Shown here: piece by piece, positions 39,054 to 48,800 of the stretch
How positions within the stretch are numbered: position 1 is the first letter of the stretch
Layout of the letters: each line of letters begins with the position of its first letter
NCBI GenBank assembly: GCA_039189765.1
Contig: JBCCYL010000022.1
Coordinates: forward strand, 16,115-80,114
Origin: Cyanobacteria bacterium P01_F01_bin.150
GTDB lineage: Bacteria > Cyanobacteriota > Cyanobacteriia > CAKZMO01
Direction: 5' to 3'
DNA length: 64,000 nucleotides
Notes under the pieces: generated by a model
What the model saw: the letters and a program-made list of their open reading frames with translations, nothing else
Database searches by the model: none
What the model was told of the DNA's origin: nothing
Position numbers and translations under genes: made by a program

Positions 39054-42000
39054 ATGACTTCCCTAGATCCAAAGCATAGAGATATAGAAACTCTCAACAA
39101 ATCTATAGCATTAGCAAAATCTCTAATTTCATCATTTCTCCAAAATCCAGAGTCTGAATTAAAGTTCACTACTATATTTGGGACTGAATTTAGCAAAACA
39201 TCATTAGATAAATTTAAGGTTGAGCCAATAGAATCTTGGTTTCCTAAAGTTGAAATACTACCACATAAAGTATTAGGGGCAAAAGGAGGATTTTCAGAAT
39301 CAACAGAGACTATATATATCTCACGTGAATTCATTTATGAGAATGCCAACAGTTCAAATAATATAGCAAGTATTTTAGTAGAAGAAGCTGGTCACTTTAT
39401 TGATAAAAAAATAAATGTACAAGATGCACAAGGTGATGAGGGTAACCTTTTCGCCTTATTGTCGCAAAACATTAATCTATCACCAGAAGAGATTTCAGTA
39501 ATAAAGAAAGAAGATGATAGTACAATCATCAATCTAAATGGTAAAAAAGTTAAAATTGAAAAATCCTCAATTAGTGATAGTGGTGGGTTTGAAGGTAGTC
39601 AGAAAAAATTATCCTTGGATAGTGAAGGTGGCGGAGAAGTTGAATATAGCTATGAATTCTTTTTTATTCCTGATAGATTTATATTACGGTACGAAGGAGA
39701 AAATATTCTTGATACTGGATTTGTATCAGGAGAAAAATCAGGAAAGGTATCAGTACCTCTAGGGAAAGAAGATGAATTAGAAGTCATTGTTAGTACTGAT
39801 GATGAAGGAACATTATGGGAATATGAAATTTCCACTCTGCCTACAGCATCTATTGTATTTCGGGAAAAAGATGATGGCTCAAAAGATGGGACTTGGGGAG
39901 GGCCAGGCGATCTTGTTCCAGGATGGGATCATGTAGGCTTTTCTTTTAATGATAAGGTATACGAATCTCACCCTGGTAATCTACCCCGTGGCGTAAGCGC
40001 AGGATCATTTTGGGATGTCCGACAAGGAAAATTTGTTCCTATTAATAATATAAATGGAGTACAAAAAGAACACACTATAGGTTCTTTCGAGCACGACTCA
40101 CAAGATATTAGTAAAACTCCAGTTATCAGGTTCAAAGAATATCCAATCGATCCCATTCTCGGGGAGAAGATGGCTAAGATAATAGATCCATTGATTGGTG
40201 TTAGCGGCTTTCAATTTATTGCCGACATTTCAGATTTTGACCTAAATAACATTAATAAGAGATTATCCCCTTCGGTCCAAAAGGGTGGAGGGGGTACTTT
40301 CACTTGTGTTGGACTTGTTGAATGGGCTGCTGAAAGGGCAGGACATAATGGAGGGGAAGGTTTTATTCCAGATATATTAGAATCTATTCCTCTTCCAAAT
40401 ACAACCAATGTAATACCTCTTCTATCGCCTGAACTACTGTCCTATTCACTAGGCATAACTTCTAGTTTTAATAGTGTGATTGATGGTATTACCGGCAGCT
40501 TCAACAAAGGTATAGAGTGGATAAAGTCTTTCACAGATCAAGGTAAGGATTTTATCCAGGGATTTTTTGATCCAGTAGATTTCATCTTGACGGATCCGTT
40601 AGGCCGTAGATTAGGACATCAAGGAAATAACGAATTTAAGGAAATCCCTGGAGCTTTATATACCGGAGATGGAGGAATAGAGCAATTCCTAATTCTTGAT
40701 CCTATCCCAGGTGACTATAAGCTAGATTTATTTGGTCTTAATGAAAATGCACTTGCAAGTGTAACAGGTTCATCTATTGATGCAATTTTAGTAGAAGATT
40801 TTTTAGCCAATGATACACAATTAACAGAAGAATTCACAGTTGAAGGAAGCAATTTCAATTCTACAGATCCAACTAGTGAAATTATTGATCTATCTATTAC
40901 AAGAGTAGATAGTTCACTTACATCAGTTGATATTAACGATATCATAAAATATGATTTAATCATAACGAATAAAGGACCTGGTAGGGCCACCAATGTTCTT
41001 CTTTCAGATACTCTTCCAGAAGGGATAAATGTTATAGAAGTCGAAGCATCTCAAGGTTTGGCTTTTGAAGATGATAATTTAATCACTGCTAATATTGGAA
41101 CACTAAACAGTGGTGATACTGCAACTGTAACCGTTGAAGTTAATCCCATAGCTGCTGGAACTGTCATAGGAAATGCTTCCGTACAAGCAAAACAAGCAGA
41201 TTCAAATATTACAGATAATATTCTCATACATGGCCGGACTATCAATAGTAGGACTCCACAACCTGCTGATTTAGAGCTAACACAAACTATTGACAACTCC
41301 AAACCTTTCATCAATGATGTTGTAACTATTAGTGTAAGCTTAACTAATCAAGGACCTGGAATTGCTTCATCAGTCAAAGTACGGAATTTATTACCAGCAG
41401 GATTGAGATTTATTGATTCAGATCCAGAGCAGGGAATCTACGATGAAGCAACTGGTATTTGGGATGTAGGTAATATTAGAGATGGATTAACTCGAACTCT
41501 AGACATAGAAGTTTCAGTAAACGCGGCTAAAATTCCCGACATTATTTCAGAAGTAATTTCAGTAAATGAAATTGACCCTGATTCCACTCCAGATAATAAT
41601 CTTATCCAAGAAGATGACTATGCATCACTTAAAATTATTCCAGACGGTGTTGGGAAAACATTAATTGGAACTAAACGAAAAGATACATTGAAAGGTAGTC
41701 CATTTAATGACAAAATAGTTGGGCTAAATAAGAGAGATAAATTAATCGGAAATTCAGGCGATGACCTCATTAGAGGTGGTGGTGGAAATGACCTCATAAA
41801 AGGAGGTTCAGGTCAAGATAAATTAATTGGAAATTCAGGTGATGACCGCATCTTGGGTGGGAAAGGTAATGACGTATTAACTGGATCTGGCGGAAATGAC
41901 AGGCTTGTGGGAGGCAAAGGAAATGATCGGTTAAACGGAGGAACTGGCAATGATCGTCTTATAGGTGATAAAGGCAGTGACATGCTCTTAGGGGGCAAGG

Positions 42001-42266
42001 GAGATGATTTTTTAATTGGCGGCAAAGGTAAAGATATAATGATAGGAGGAAGCGGTAGAGATACTTTTGTCCTTAAAAGAAAACAAAAAAGAGATACGAT
42101 ACGCAAATTTCAATCAGAAGACTTATTACAGGTACAAGGAGTCTCATTACGAGAAATTGACATTCTCCAAAAAGGTAAAAACACTCTCATTCAAGTAAAC
42201 GAAAAAGATATTGTAATTTTGAGAGGGTTTAATTCTGAAAATCTTAGCTCAACAAACTTTATATAG
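39054..42266 (+). CDS. Secreted RTX protein with a permuted papain-like domain and two DUF11-like domains
   Basis: EEAGH motif; WDHVG...FTCVGLVEW; repeated TNxGP..A..V Ig-like units; C-terminal GGxGxD repeats. Confidence 0.85.
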   Translation: MTSLDPKHRDIETLNKSIALAKSLISSFLQNPESELKFTTIFGTEFSKTSLDKFKVEPIESWFPKVEILPHKVLGAKGGFSESTETIYISREFIYENANSSNNIASILVEEAGHFIDKKINVQDAQGDEGNLFALLSQNINLSPEEISVIKKEDDSTIINLNGKKVKIEKSSISDSGGFEGSQKKLSLDSEGGGEVEYSYEFFFIPDRFILRYEGENILDTGFVSGEKSGKVSVPLGKEDELEVIVSTDDEGTLWEYEISTLPTASIVFREKDDGSKDGTWGGPGDLVPGWDHVGFSFNDKVYESHPGNLPRGVSAGSFWDVRQGKFVPINNINGVQKEHTIGSFEHDSQDISKTPVIRFKEYPIDPILGEKMAKIIDPLIGVSGFQFIADISDFDLNNINKRLSPSVQKGGGGTFTCVGLVEWAAERAGHNGGEGFIPDILESIPLPNTTNVIPLLSPELLSYSLGITSSFNSVIDGITGSFNKGIEWIKSFTDQGKDFIQGFFDPVDFILTDPLGRRLGHQGNNEFKEIPGALYTGDGGIEQFLILDPIPGDYKLDLFGLNENALASVTGSSIDAILVEDFLANDTQLTEEFTVEGSNFNSTDPTSEIIDLSITRVDSSLTSVDINDIIKYDLIITNKGPGRATNVLLSDTLPEGINVIEVEASQGLAFEDDNLITANIGTLNSGDTATVTVEVNPIAAGTVIGNASVQAKQADSNITDNILIHGRTINSRTPQPADLELTQTIDNSKPFINDVVTISVSLTNQGPGIASSVKVRNLLPAGLRFIDSDPEQGIYDEATGIWDVGNIRDGLTRTLDIEVSVNAAKIPDIISEVISVNEIDPDSTPDNNLIQEDDYASLKIIPDGVGKTLIGTKRKDTLKGSPFNDKIVGLNKRDKLIGNSGDDLIRGGGGNDLIKGGSGQDKLIGNSGDDRILGGKGNDVLTGSGGNDRLVGGKGNDRLNGGTGNDRLIGDKGSDMLLGGKGDDFLIGGKGKDIMIGGSGRDTFVLKRKQKRDTIRKFQSEDLLQVQGVSLREIDILQKGKNTLIQVNEKDIVILRGFNSENLSSTNFI

Positions 42267-42301
42267 TTTTATTCATGCAAGAATTTAACATAGAATATAG
42301 T

Positions 42302-42342
42302 TAATAGGCGACAGGTTTATTAATTAAAAATTTTTCGCCTAT
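42302..42342 (+). terminator. Hairpin downstream of the RTX gene
   Basis: TAATAGGCGA...TCGCCTATTA inverted repeat. Confidence 0.45.
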
Positions 42343-42585
42343 TATGGCCTTTATTTTAAGGTGGAAATAATTTAATTTGGCTCAATAGCTTTTTCAGAAA
42401 GGTGATATGTGAAAAACGCTGGCAAGGCTTGCCATTTATAACCATCAAGAAACTGAAAGCGCCTCCTTTAAAATCATTTTATAGTCAGGGGTTGAGCCAT
42501 TTCAATTTTAAAAATTCCCTGAAATAGGGATAAAGCTTTTAATTTTTACATTAATTCAAAATATTATTCCATGACTATCTAATTA

Positions 42586-43341
42586 TTGATGAGTTTTTAT
42601 ATGATAAAAACAATAAAAACAGTTCTAACATCCACTACTATTTTTATATTTTTGTTATCATCATGTACTAAAGAAGAAATTCCCACTAAAATTAGTATCC
42701 CAAATCAAGACATTATTCTTAAAAAGATTCAAGATTTAGAATCTAATAACTATCCAAAAATTGCATATATATCTTCTGACTATATAGATTTTAAAAAATC
42801 AAGTACGTGGCAACCTATAATTGAAAAGTATAATTGTGCAAGATCTCTAGAGGAAGCAACTTCTATTCTCAATAAAGCCTTTGAATCAAAAAGAGAAGAA
42901 AGGGGTTTTTTTGAATTTTATATAAATGAAGGTAACTCCAATGATTATAGATTAAGAGTAATAAAGTGTGATTTCTTATCAGAACTAAAATATATTAGAG
43001 AATATGTAAAAAATGATGTTGGGTCACGATCGAAAAAAAAGAATAGTGCTTCAGATTTACCAAAAATTGGTAAATTAATGGTAAGTGAAATACATGAATC
43101 AACTATTCATGATCTTATATTAACCTCACCATTTATAAGTCGTAACTCTATTGTGTCAGAAGAAATACAGGAGACAGAGACTCACTTCCATCATGCTGCT
43201 TATACATTAGCAGCCATTCGCTCAGATAAGAAAAACTGTACAGGCTATAGAGTAAGTTACCTTACCCATGAAGTAAGTAAATCAACAGGTCTTATTTCAA
43301 TTCATAGGAGAGGAAATATTAAGGATATCGGAGATTGCTGA
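42586..43341 (+). CDS. AT-rich putative lipoprotein
   Basis: Basic N-terminus, hydrophobic stretch and LLSS-C lipobox; likely start at 42601. Confidence 0.65.
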   Translation: MMSFYMIKTIKTVLTSTTIFIFLLSSCTKEEIPTKISIPNQDIILKKIQDLESNNYPKIAYISSDYIDFKKSSTWQPIIEKYNCARSLEEATSILNKAFESKREERGFFEFYINEGNSNDYRLRVIKCDFLSELKYIREYVKNDVGSRSKKKNSASDLPKIGKLMVSEIHESTIHDLILTSPFISRNSIVSEEIQETETHFHHAAYTLAAIRSDKKNCTGYRVSYLTHEVSKSTGLISIHRRGNIKDIGDC

Positions 43342-43389
43342 TTAGTAAGAGTGAGGGTAACATATTCAACACATTGCCAGAAGGGTTAC

Positions 43390-44376
43390 TTACAAGCGTA
43401 TCCTCTCAATCTCATCCAAACTAATCGTATCCTCCCGTCGGTCATACAACGCAGTAGTCCGACTATCTTCATGAGCGGCGATCTTCTGGGCATTATCCCG
43501 ACTCCCGCCGTTACGGAGAAAGTTGGTAATCCCCGATCCACGGAAGGTATGATTACACGCATCGGTACTAACTCCAGCATCTCTAGCCCGACGCTTCACC
43601 ATAGCCCAAGCATCAGTTCTGAGCAAAGCTCGGTCATTCAACTTCTTCTGGCTTCGCCCCCTGGCGGATCGGAAAAGGGGAGTATCTTTGGCATCGCCCA
43701 ATTCTCCGGCCTCTATATATAAGTCAAGATATTCCTCAACAGTGTGGTGAGCTGGCACCTCATGGTGCTTACCTCCTTTTTCTTTGAGCCGGAGCCAATA
43801 CCGCTTCCCCTTAGGAAAATAATCTTTCACCTGCATCCCAAGCACAGCACTAATTCGAGCAAACGAGAAAAACATCGTAGCAATGAGTGCTCTATCCCGA
43901 AGTCCAACCACATGAGAGATATCAATCGAAGCAAGTAACTGTCGCATCTCCTCATCCGAAAGCACAGGAGTCTTACCCTTCTTGACTCGGTGCTTTGGGC
44001 CTTTGACCTCAGAAGCAGGATTCTCACTCACAATTCCACCAACTTTCATGAAATCAAACATGGACCGCAGAGCTGCCAGGTGTTGATTAATAGTAGGGGC
44101 CGAACCCTGATGTTGCTCGATGTAGGCCGCGATCACCAAAGAGTCAATGTGGAAGAATGTCACCTTACGACTCTCACACCACTGCAAGAATTGCTTGATA
44201 GCATGAGCATATGCAGTACGAGTGTTTTTATTGCGAATACTGACAAGGAAAAATTCGACAAAGCGACGAGAAGCATCTTTTCCGGCATCGGCGATCACAG
44301 ATGGAAGCAATATTTCGTTACGCTGAACATTTACTAATGCGTTAGAACTATCATCTTTATCAGTTAATTCATTCAT
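43390..44376 (-). CDS. Tyrosine recombinase (phage integrase family)
   Basis: Catalytic set R (FARIS), K (EKGGK), HTFR, H (AHE) and Y (ALYD). Confidence 0.93.
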   Translation of the reverse strand: MNELTDKDDSSNALVNVQRNEILLPSVIADAGKDASRRFVEFFLVSIRNKNTRTAYAHAIKQFLQWCESRKVTFFHIDSLVIAAYIEQHQGSAPTINQHLAALRSMFDFMKVGGIVSENPASEVKGPKHRVKKGKTPVLSDEEMRQLLASIDISHVVGLRDRALIATMFFSFARISAVLGMQVKDYFPKGKRYWLRLKEKGGKHHEVPAHHTVEEYLDLYIEAGELGDAKDTPLFRSARGRSQKKLNDRALLRTDAWAMVKRRARDAGVSTDACNHTFRGSGITNFLRNGGSRDNAQKIAAHEDSRTTALYDRREDTISLDEIERIRL

Positions 44377-44422
44377 ACTATCCCTTGAAGTGGTTAGAGT
44401 ACTAGAGATCTAGTCATCATAT

Positions 44423-44453
44423 TACCAGACATAAAAAGGAATTATGTCTGGTA
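44423..44453. other. Inverted repeat, candidate recombinase core site
   Basis: TACCAGACATAA-N7-TTATGTCTGGTA just upstream of the integrase. Confidence 0.6.
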
Positions 44454-44716
44454 TTTACTAAAAAGAAAAGGGGGTTTCTACTTCCCGAAACAAACACTGT
44501 TTTATAGCTTAAATTTTAAATACCTGTCATAAAATCAATCTTTTCATGTAAATCTTAATAGTTGATAGAGGCATTCAACATTCATCAAAACGCAAAATAG
44601 TGTTACAAAAATTATTCTTGCTGTATTGCACTCCATCAAATAATTCAGCATCATTCAACTGACTGCCTTGATCTCCATCAGACCGTAGCCCCTAAAATTG
44701 ATACGTCCTCAGATAC

Positions 44717-45841
44717 ATGCCAAGAACCCTTGCTTACGAACCCCACAATGCCTTAAATGCAATTTGTCCATACTTCACCATGTTTCCTTTGGAGTACCCA
44801 TTACAGGTTTTGGAGGAGTATAAGGAAGAGAATCCAGTAGTCATGGACCCATTTTGTGGTCGTGGCACAACTCTCTTTGCCGCACGTCAGCTAGGTTTCA
44901 CCGCACATGGCATTGATTCATCACCGGTAGCAGTTGCAATAGCACGAGCAAAGCTATGCAACATAGATATAGACAAAACCCTTGATCTAGCTCAAGAGTA
45001 TATAGAAGCAGACCAAGTAAAAAACATACCTGATGCCGAATTCTTTAGACTTGCGTTCTCTACATCAGTCCTAAAGCAGATTTGTGCTATACGTAATGCG
45101 CTGCTGAGCAGAAATCGAGACAGCAATACCTCTGTCCTATTAAGGGCGGCAATGCTTGGTTGTCTTCATGGCCCAATAAGCAAAAGACCTATTACTCAAG
45201 CCTATTTTTCTAACCAAATGCCCCGAACTTTTTCGACTAAACCAGACTACTCAATACGTTATTGGAAAGAGAAAGCCTTAAAACCTCCAGAAATAAATGT
45301 GATCTCCGTACTTACACGGAAGCTACGTCGCATACAACAATCTATACCGCTAAAGAGAGCATCGTTTTTTGATGCTCGCCTGGGAGATTCTCGATTTGCA
45401 AAGAGTATACCTACTTCAAAGCGGAATTTTTCAGTAGTGGTAACCTCCCCCCCTTATTACGGAATGAGAACATATGTCGAGGATCAGTGGCTACGAAACT
45501 GGTTCCTTGGTGGTCCACCATATGTCGAGTATGGCAAAACAGAACAGATTCAACATACTGGAAAAGATGTATTTGCTAAGTCATTAGGTTCTGTATGGCA
45601 GAACATGGCTCGTACACATCATGAGGATCTAAACATGTATATCCGTTTTGGCACCCTACCGTCAGTTAAGACAAACCCCAAGTCCCTGATACACGCATCA
45701 TTAGAAGAATCGGGGGTGACATGGCGTCTTCAATCAATCTCTGAAGCAGCAACAGCCGCGTCAGGTAGACGACAAGCGAATCACATGACCGCAACGTCTA
45801 CATCTGCTATGGAGTACGACTTTCACGTTTACCGAGTATGA
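44717..45841 (+). CDS. Amino (N4-C or N6-A) DNA methyltransferase, alpha-type motif order
   Basis: Motif I DPFCGRGTT precedes motif IV SPPYY, with a variable region between. Confidence 0.88.
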   Translation: MPRTLAYEPHNALNAICPYFTMFPLEYPLQVLEEYKEENPVVMDPFCGRGTTLFAARQLGFTAHGIDSSPVAVAIARAKLCNIDIDKTLDLAQEYIEADQVKNIPDAEFFRLAFSTSVLKQICAIRNALLSRNRDSNTSVLLRAAMLGCLHGPISKRPITQAYFSNQMPRTFSTKPDYSIRYWKEKALKPPEINVISVLTRKLRRIQQSIPLKRASFFDARLGDSRFAKSIPTSKRNFSVVVTSPPYYGMRTYVEDQWLRNWFLGGPPYVEYGKTEQIQHTGKDVFAKSLGSVWQNMARTHHEDLNMYIRFGTLPSVKTNPKSLIHASLEESGVTWRLQSISEAATAASGRRQANHMTATSTSAMEYDFHVYRV

Positions 45842-45853
45842 GGAAATAAACTC

Positions 45854-48800
45854 ATGACGACATCTCACACATTACCAATGAAAAAGGTTTCAAAGAGTAC
45901 GATGTCTATGTTTTTGCGTACTCGCTGCGACAAAGAGCTTTATTTATCATTACATGATAAAAAAGCTCTTAAAGCCCTTGGATTGCCAGCACAAGTGAAA
46001 CGTCCGGGTATTGGTATACTATCAGTTGAAGGTAGAAAATTTGAAGAGGTCCGCAACGATCAATTAGTCCGTTTATTCCCAAAAATAATTACCTTTAAGA
46101 AAATCAAGACATCTTATAAAGATATAGATTTAGAGGCTTTTCTTCTAAAGATTACAGCACCTCCTCAGATTATTCTTCAAGGAAGATTTTCAATTTCATC
46201 ATCCCAAAATTTGATATTAAAAAATCTTGGCTTATCCTCATCAGAGATTGCTAATATCCCAGAAATTTCAGATTTTATACCAGATGTTATCATTGTCCGT
46301 CAGCCCAAAGAAGGAGATATAGAAATTTGCACAGATGCATCGCGTTCTGAAATAAGCGCAGGAAGTGAAGCACGTTTAGCTATTGAAATTATTGATATAA
46401 AGCATACCAATGAAGCTAATGCAAGTTATTGCTCTGAGATTGCTCTCTATGCATTAATGCTCACTAATTGGCTACATTTACACTCAACGCTATCTGGTCG
46501 GTTTTATGTAAATTTAAATTCTTATCTATGGACAAGATTTAAACAAGGAGAAAGTGAGCTAGAACATCTGGAAAAAAAAGGAGGAGCGACCACAGAAGAG
46601 CTTCTACAAGCCTTAATATCTGACTCAGAAGATGCGAATCTACGTTTTTATCTTGCTGCTGTACGTCAGTTCTTTGAGAATGTAGTGAGAGTTATTAAAG
46701 AAGCTTATCAAAATGGATGGGAAAACTTAGAGTGGCATGTTAGTAGCAGGTGTAGTAATTGTGATTGGCTGGGCGATAAACGACATTTAAGTAAAGAAGA
46801 CAAAAATACTGTAGATAGCAATCCTAACCACTATTGCTTACCATTTGCAAAAGTCAGTGACCATTTATCCTTAGTTCCTGGAATTTCCCATGGAGCCAAA
46901 AGAATCTTGCACAATAATGCAGTCAATACAACTGCTGATCTTGCTCATGCTCATGGGAATAAAGCTTTTCAAGAACATACAACACTTAAACGAGAAGCTC
47001 GACATTTACCACAAAAGTCAAATGCTATCCTCTCTTCAACGCTGAACACAGATGTAGATGCTGTAATTGCCTCTCTTATTAAGAGCGCAAATTTACTCAT
47101 ATACGCAAGTATCAATTTCGATGCCAGTGCAGGACTCTTAACAGGCTTATCAATATCTGGTACTGCTACCAACTTTAAACCAGGCATTCATCCCCGAACC
47201 TTCCAAGCTACTGCTTTCGTTGTAGACCAAAAAAATCTTGCGGCTGAGTGGGTCGCTCTTGAAGCTTTTTTATCAAGTATTAGTGAGTATCTTAACTATG
47301 CTATAGATGATCTGAAGATTAAAAATCCCAAAGGACAAATTCATTTCTGGGAACATTGTCAATTTCAAGAGCTATGTAACGCGATGGGACGCCATCTCCC
47401 TCGTATTTTAGCTTTCAAAGACAAGAGGATGCGCGCACTAGCATGGATTTTTTCCCCTGATGAATTGATAGCACAACCTGAATCCTTACAAGCTTCTACG
47501 GTTGTCACACTAGAGCATATAATCCAACGCATGGTCTTTACGCCTACGCCACACGCTATTACACTTTTTGGTACTTCAGAAAGCTATCCAGAAAATCCAA
47601 AATATCTTCAAAGAGAAACCGATTCTTACTATAGAGAATATCTCAGCAATAGCATTCCCCGTGAACGAATATATGAAATATGGAGAAATGCCTCACAAAT
47701 TAAGCGAGGTTCAAAACTAATTCCAAGAAATACAGCAATTACACGTTTCTCAAAAACATTAGAGAAACAAGTAAAGGCTCTAGAATCAATTTGTGGAAGA
47801 TTACGACATGATTACAAAGACAGTTTTAAGGCTAAAGCAACTTATATCTCACCTAAAGTGCCGGGAGGAGCACAAAAGGTTGCTTTCGATTCTAAATTAT
47901 GGATTTGGTGGGATTCTCTCGAATTTAACGTTTCACAACTTGAAGACCACATTAGGTTGTCTATAGAAGGTGAGCGGCTTGAAGCAACGTATGAGGCTCT
48001 TATTCTCAAAAATGGAGTGAAGGTGACACCAGAGATCTATCAGTTTGATGTTGCTAAAGGCTCAACAGAAGCAAAATTCAAAGAATTAGATGGTGTCCTT
48101 ACCTTAGGAAAAATTGGGCGACCAGGTATGCCTTTAGAAAAGGCAAAGAACCTTCTCCATCCAAGAGCAATAGGATCTTTTACTGGAAATCAAGATATTT
48201 TTAATATGCCACTTTGGTCAATACTTAAACCAGTACTGATAGAGTTTGATCGGGTCGGTAGAAAAGCCAAAATTAAACTGCTTTACGACCAAGATCCTTC
48301 TTTCATACCATTTCTACTGAAAGAATCAACAGAGAATCTCTTAACAGATGTATTTCTCCTGGAAAGTAAGAAGCCCTCTTATTTCAATTGGGAGATCACC
48401 AGTAGAAAAATTCTTAAAGCAATTGGGAATCCACCAATTGCCAAAGCAGACTCAAATGCAGCCAACGCTATGGGGCTGAAAGCAAGTTCAAAGTTAAGGC
48501 GTGGAGGAACCGATACATTAACTCCCGCAGCACAGATACTTTGGGATGCCACTACGATGGAACAGAATATTGTGGTTCCAAAGACAATCGCCCATAGTAT
48601 TGCAACCTATGCTGCCTCCCACAATGATTTGAACTCCTCTCAACTTAATACTGTTGAACATGCTGCCGAGCGTTCTCTAACAGTAATATGGGGACCTCCT
48701 GGCACAGGGAAAACAAAAACTATTTCCGCTTTTCTACATGGCCTAATCCAAGAAGGAACACAAAATAACCGTTCATTAAAAATCTTGGTCACAGGGCCAA

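Noticed and set aside
45854..46900. Cas4-like nuclease as evidence of CRISPR-Cas
   Set aside because: It is fused to an SF1 helicase, and no array or other cas genes are present.
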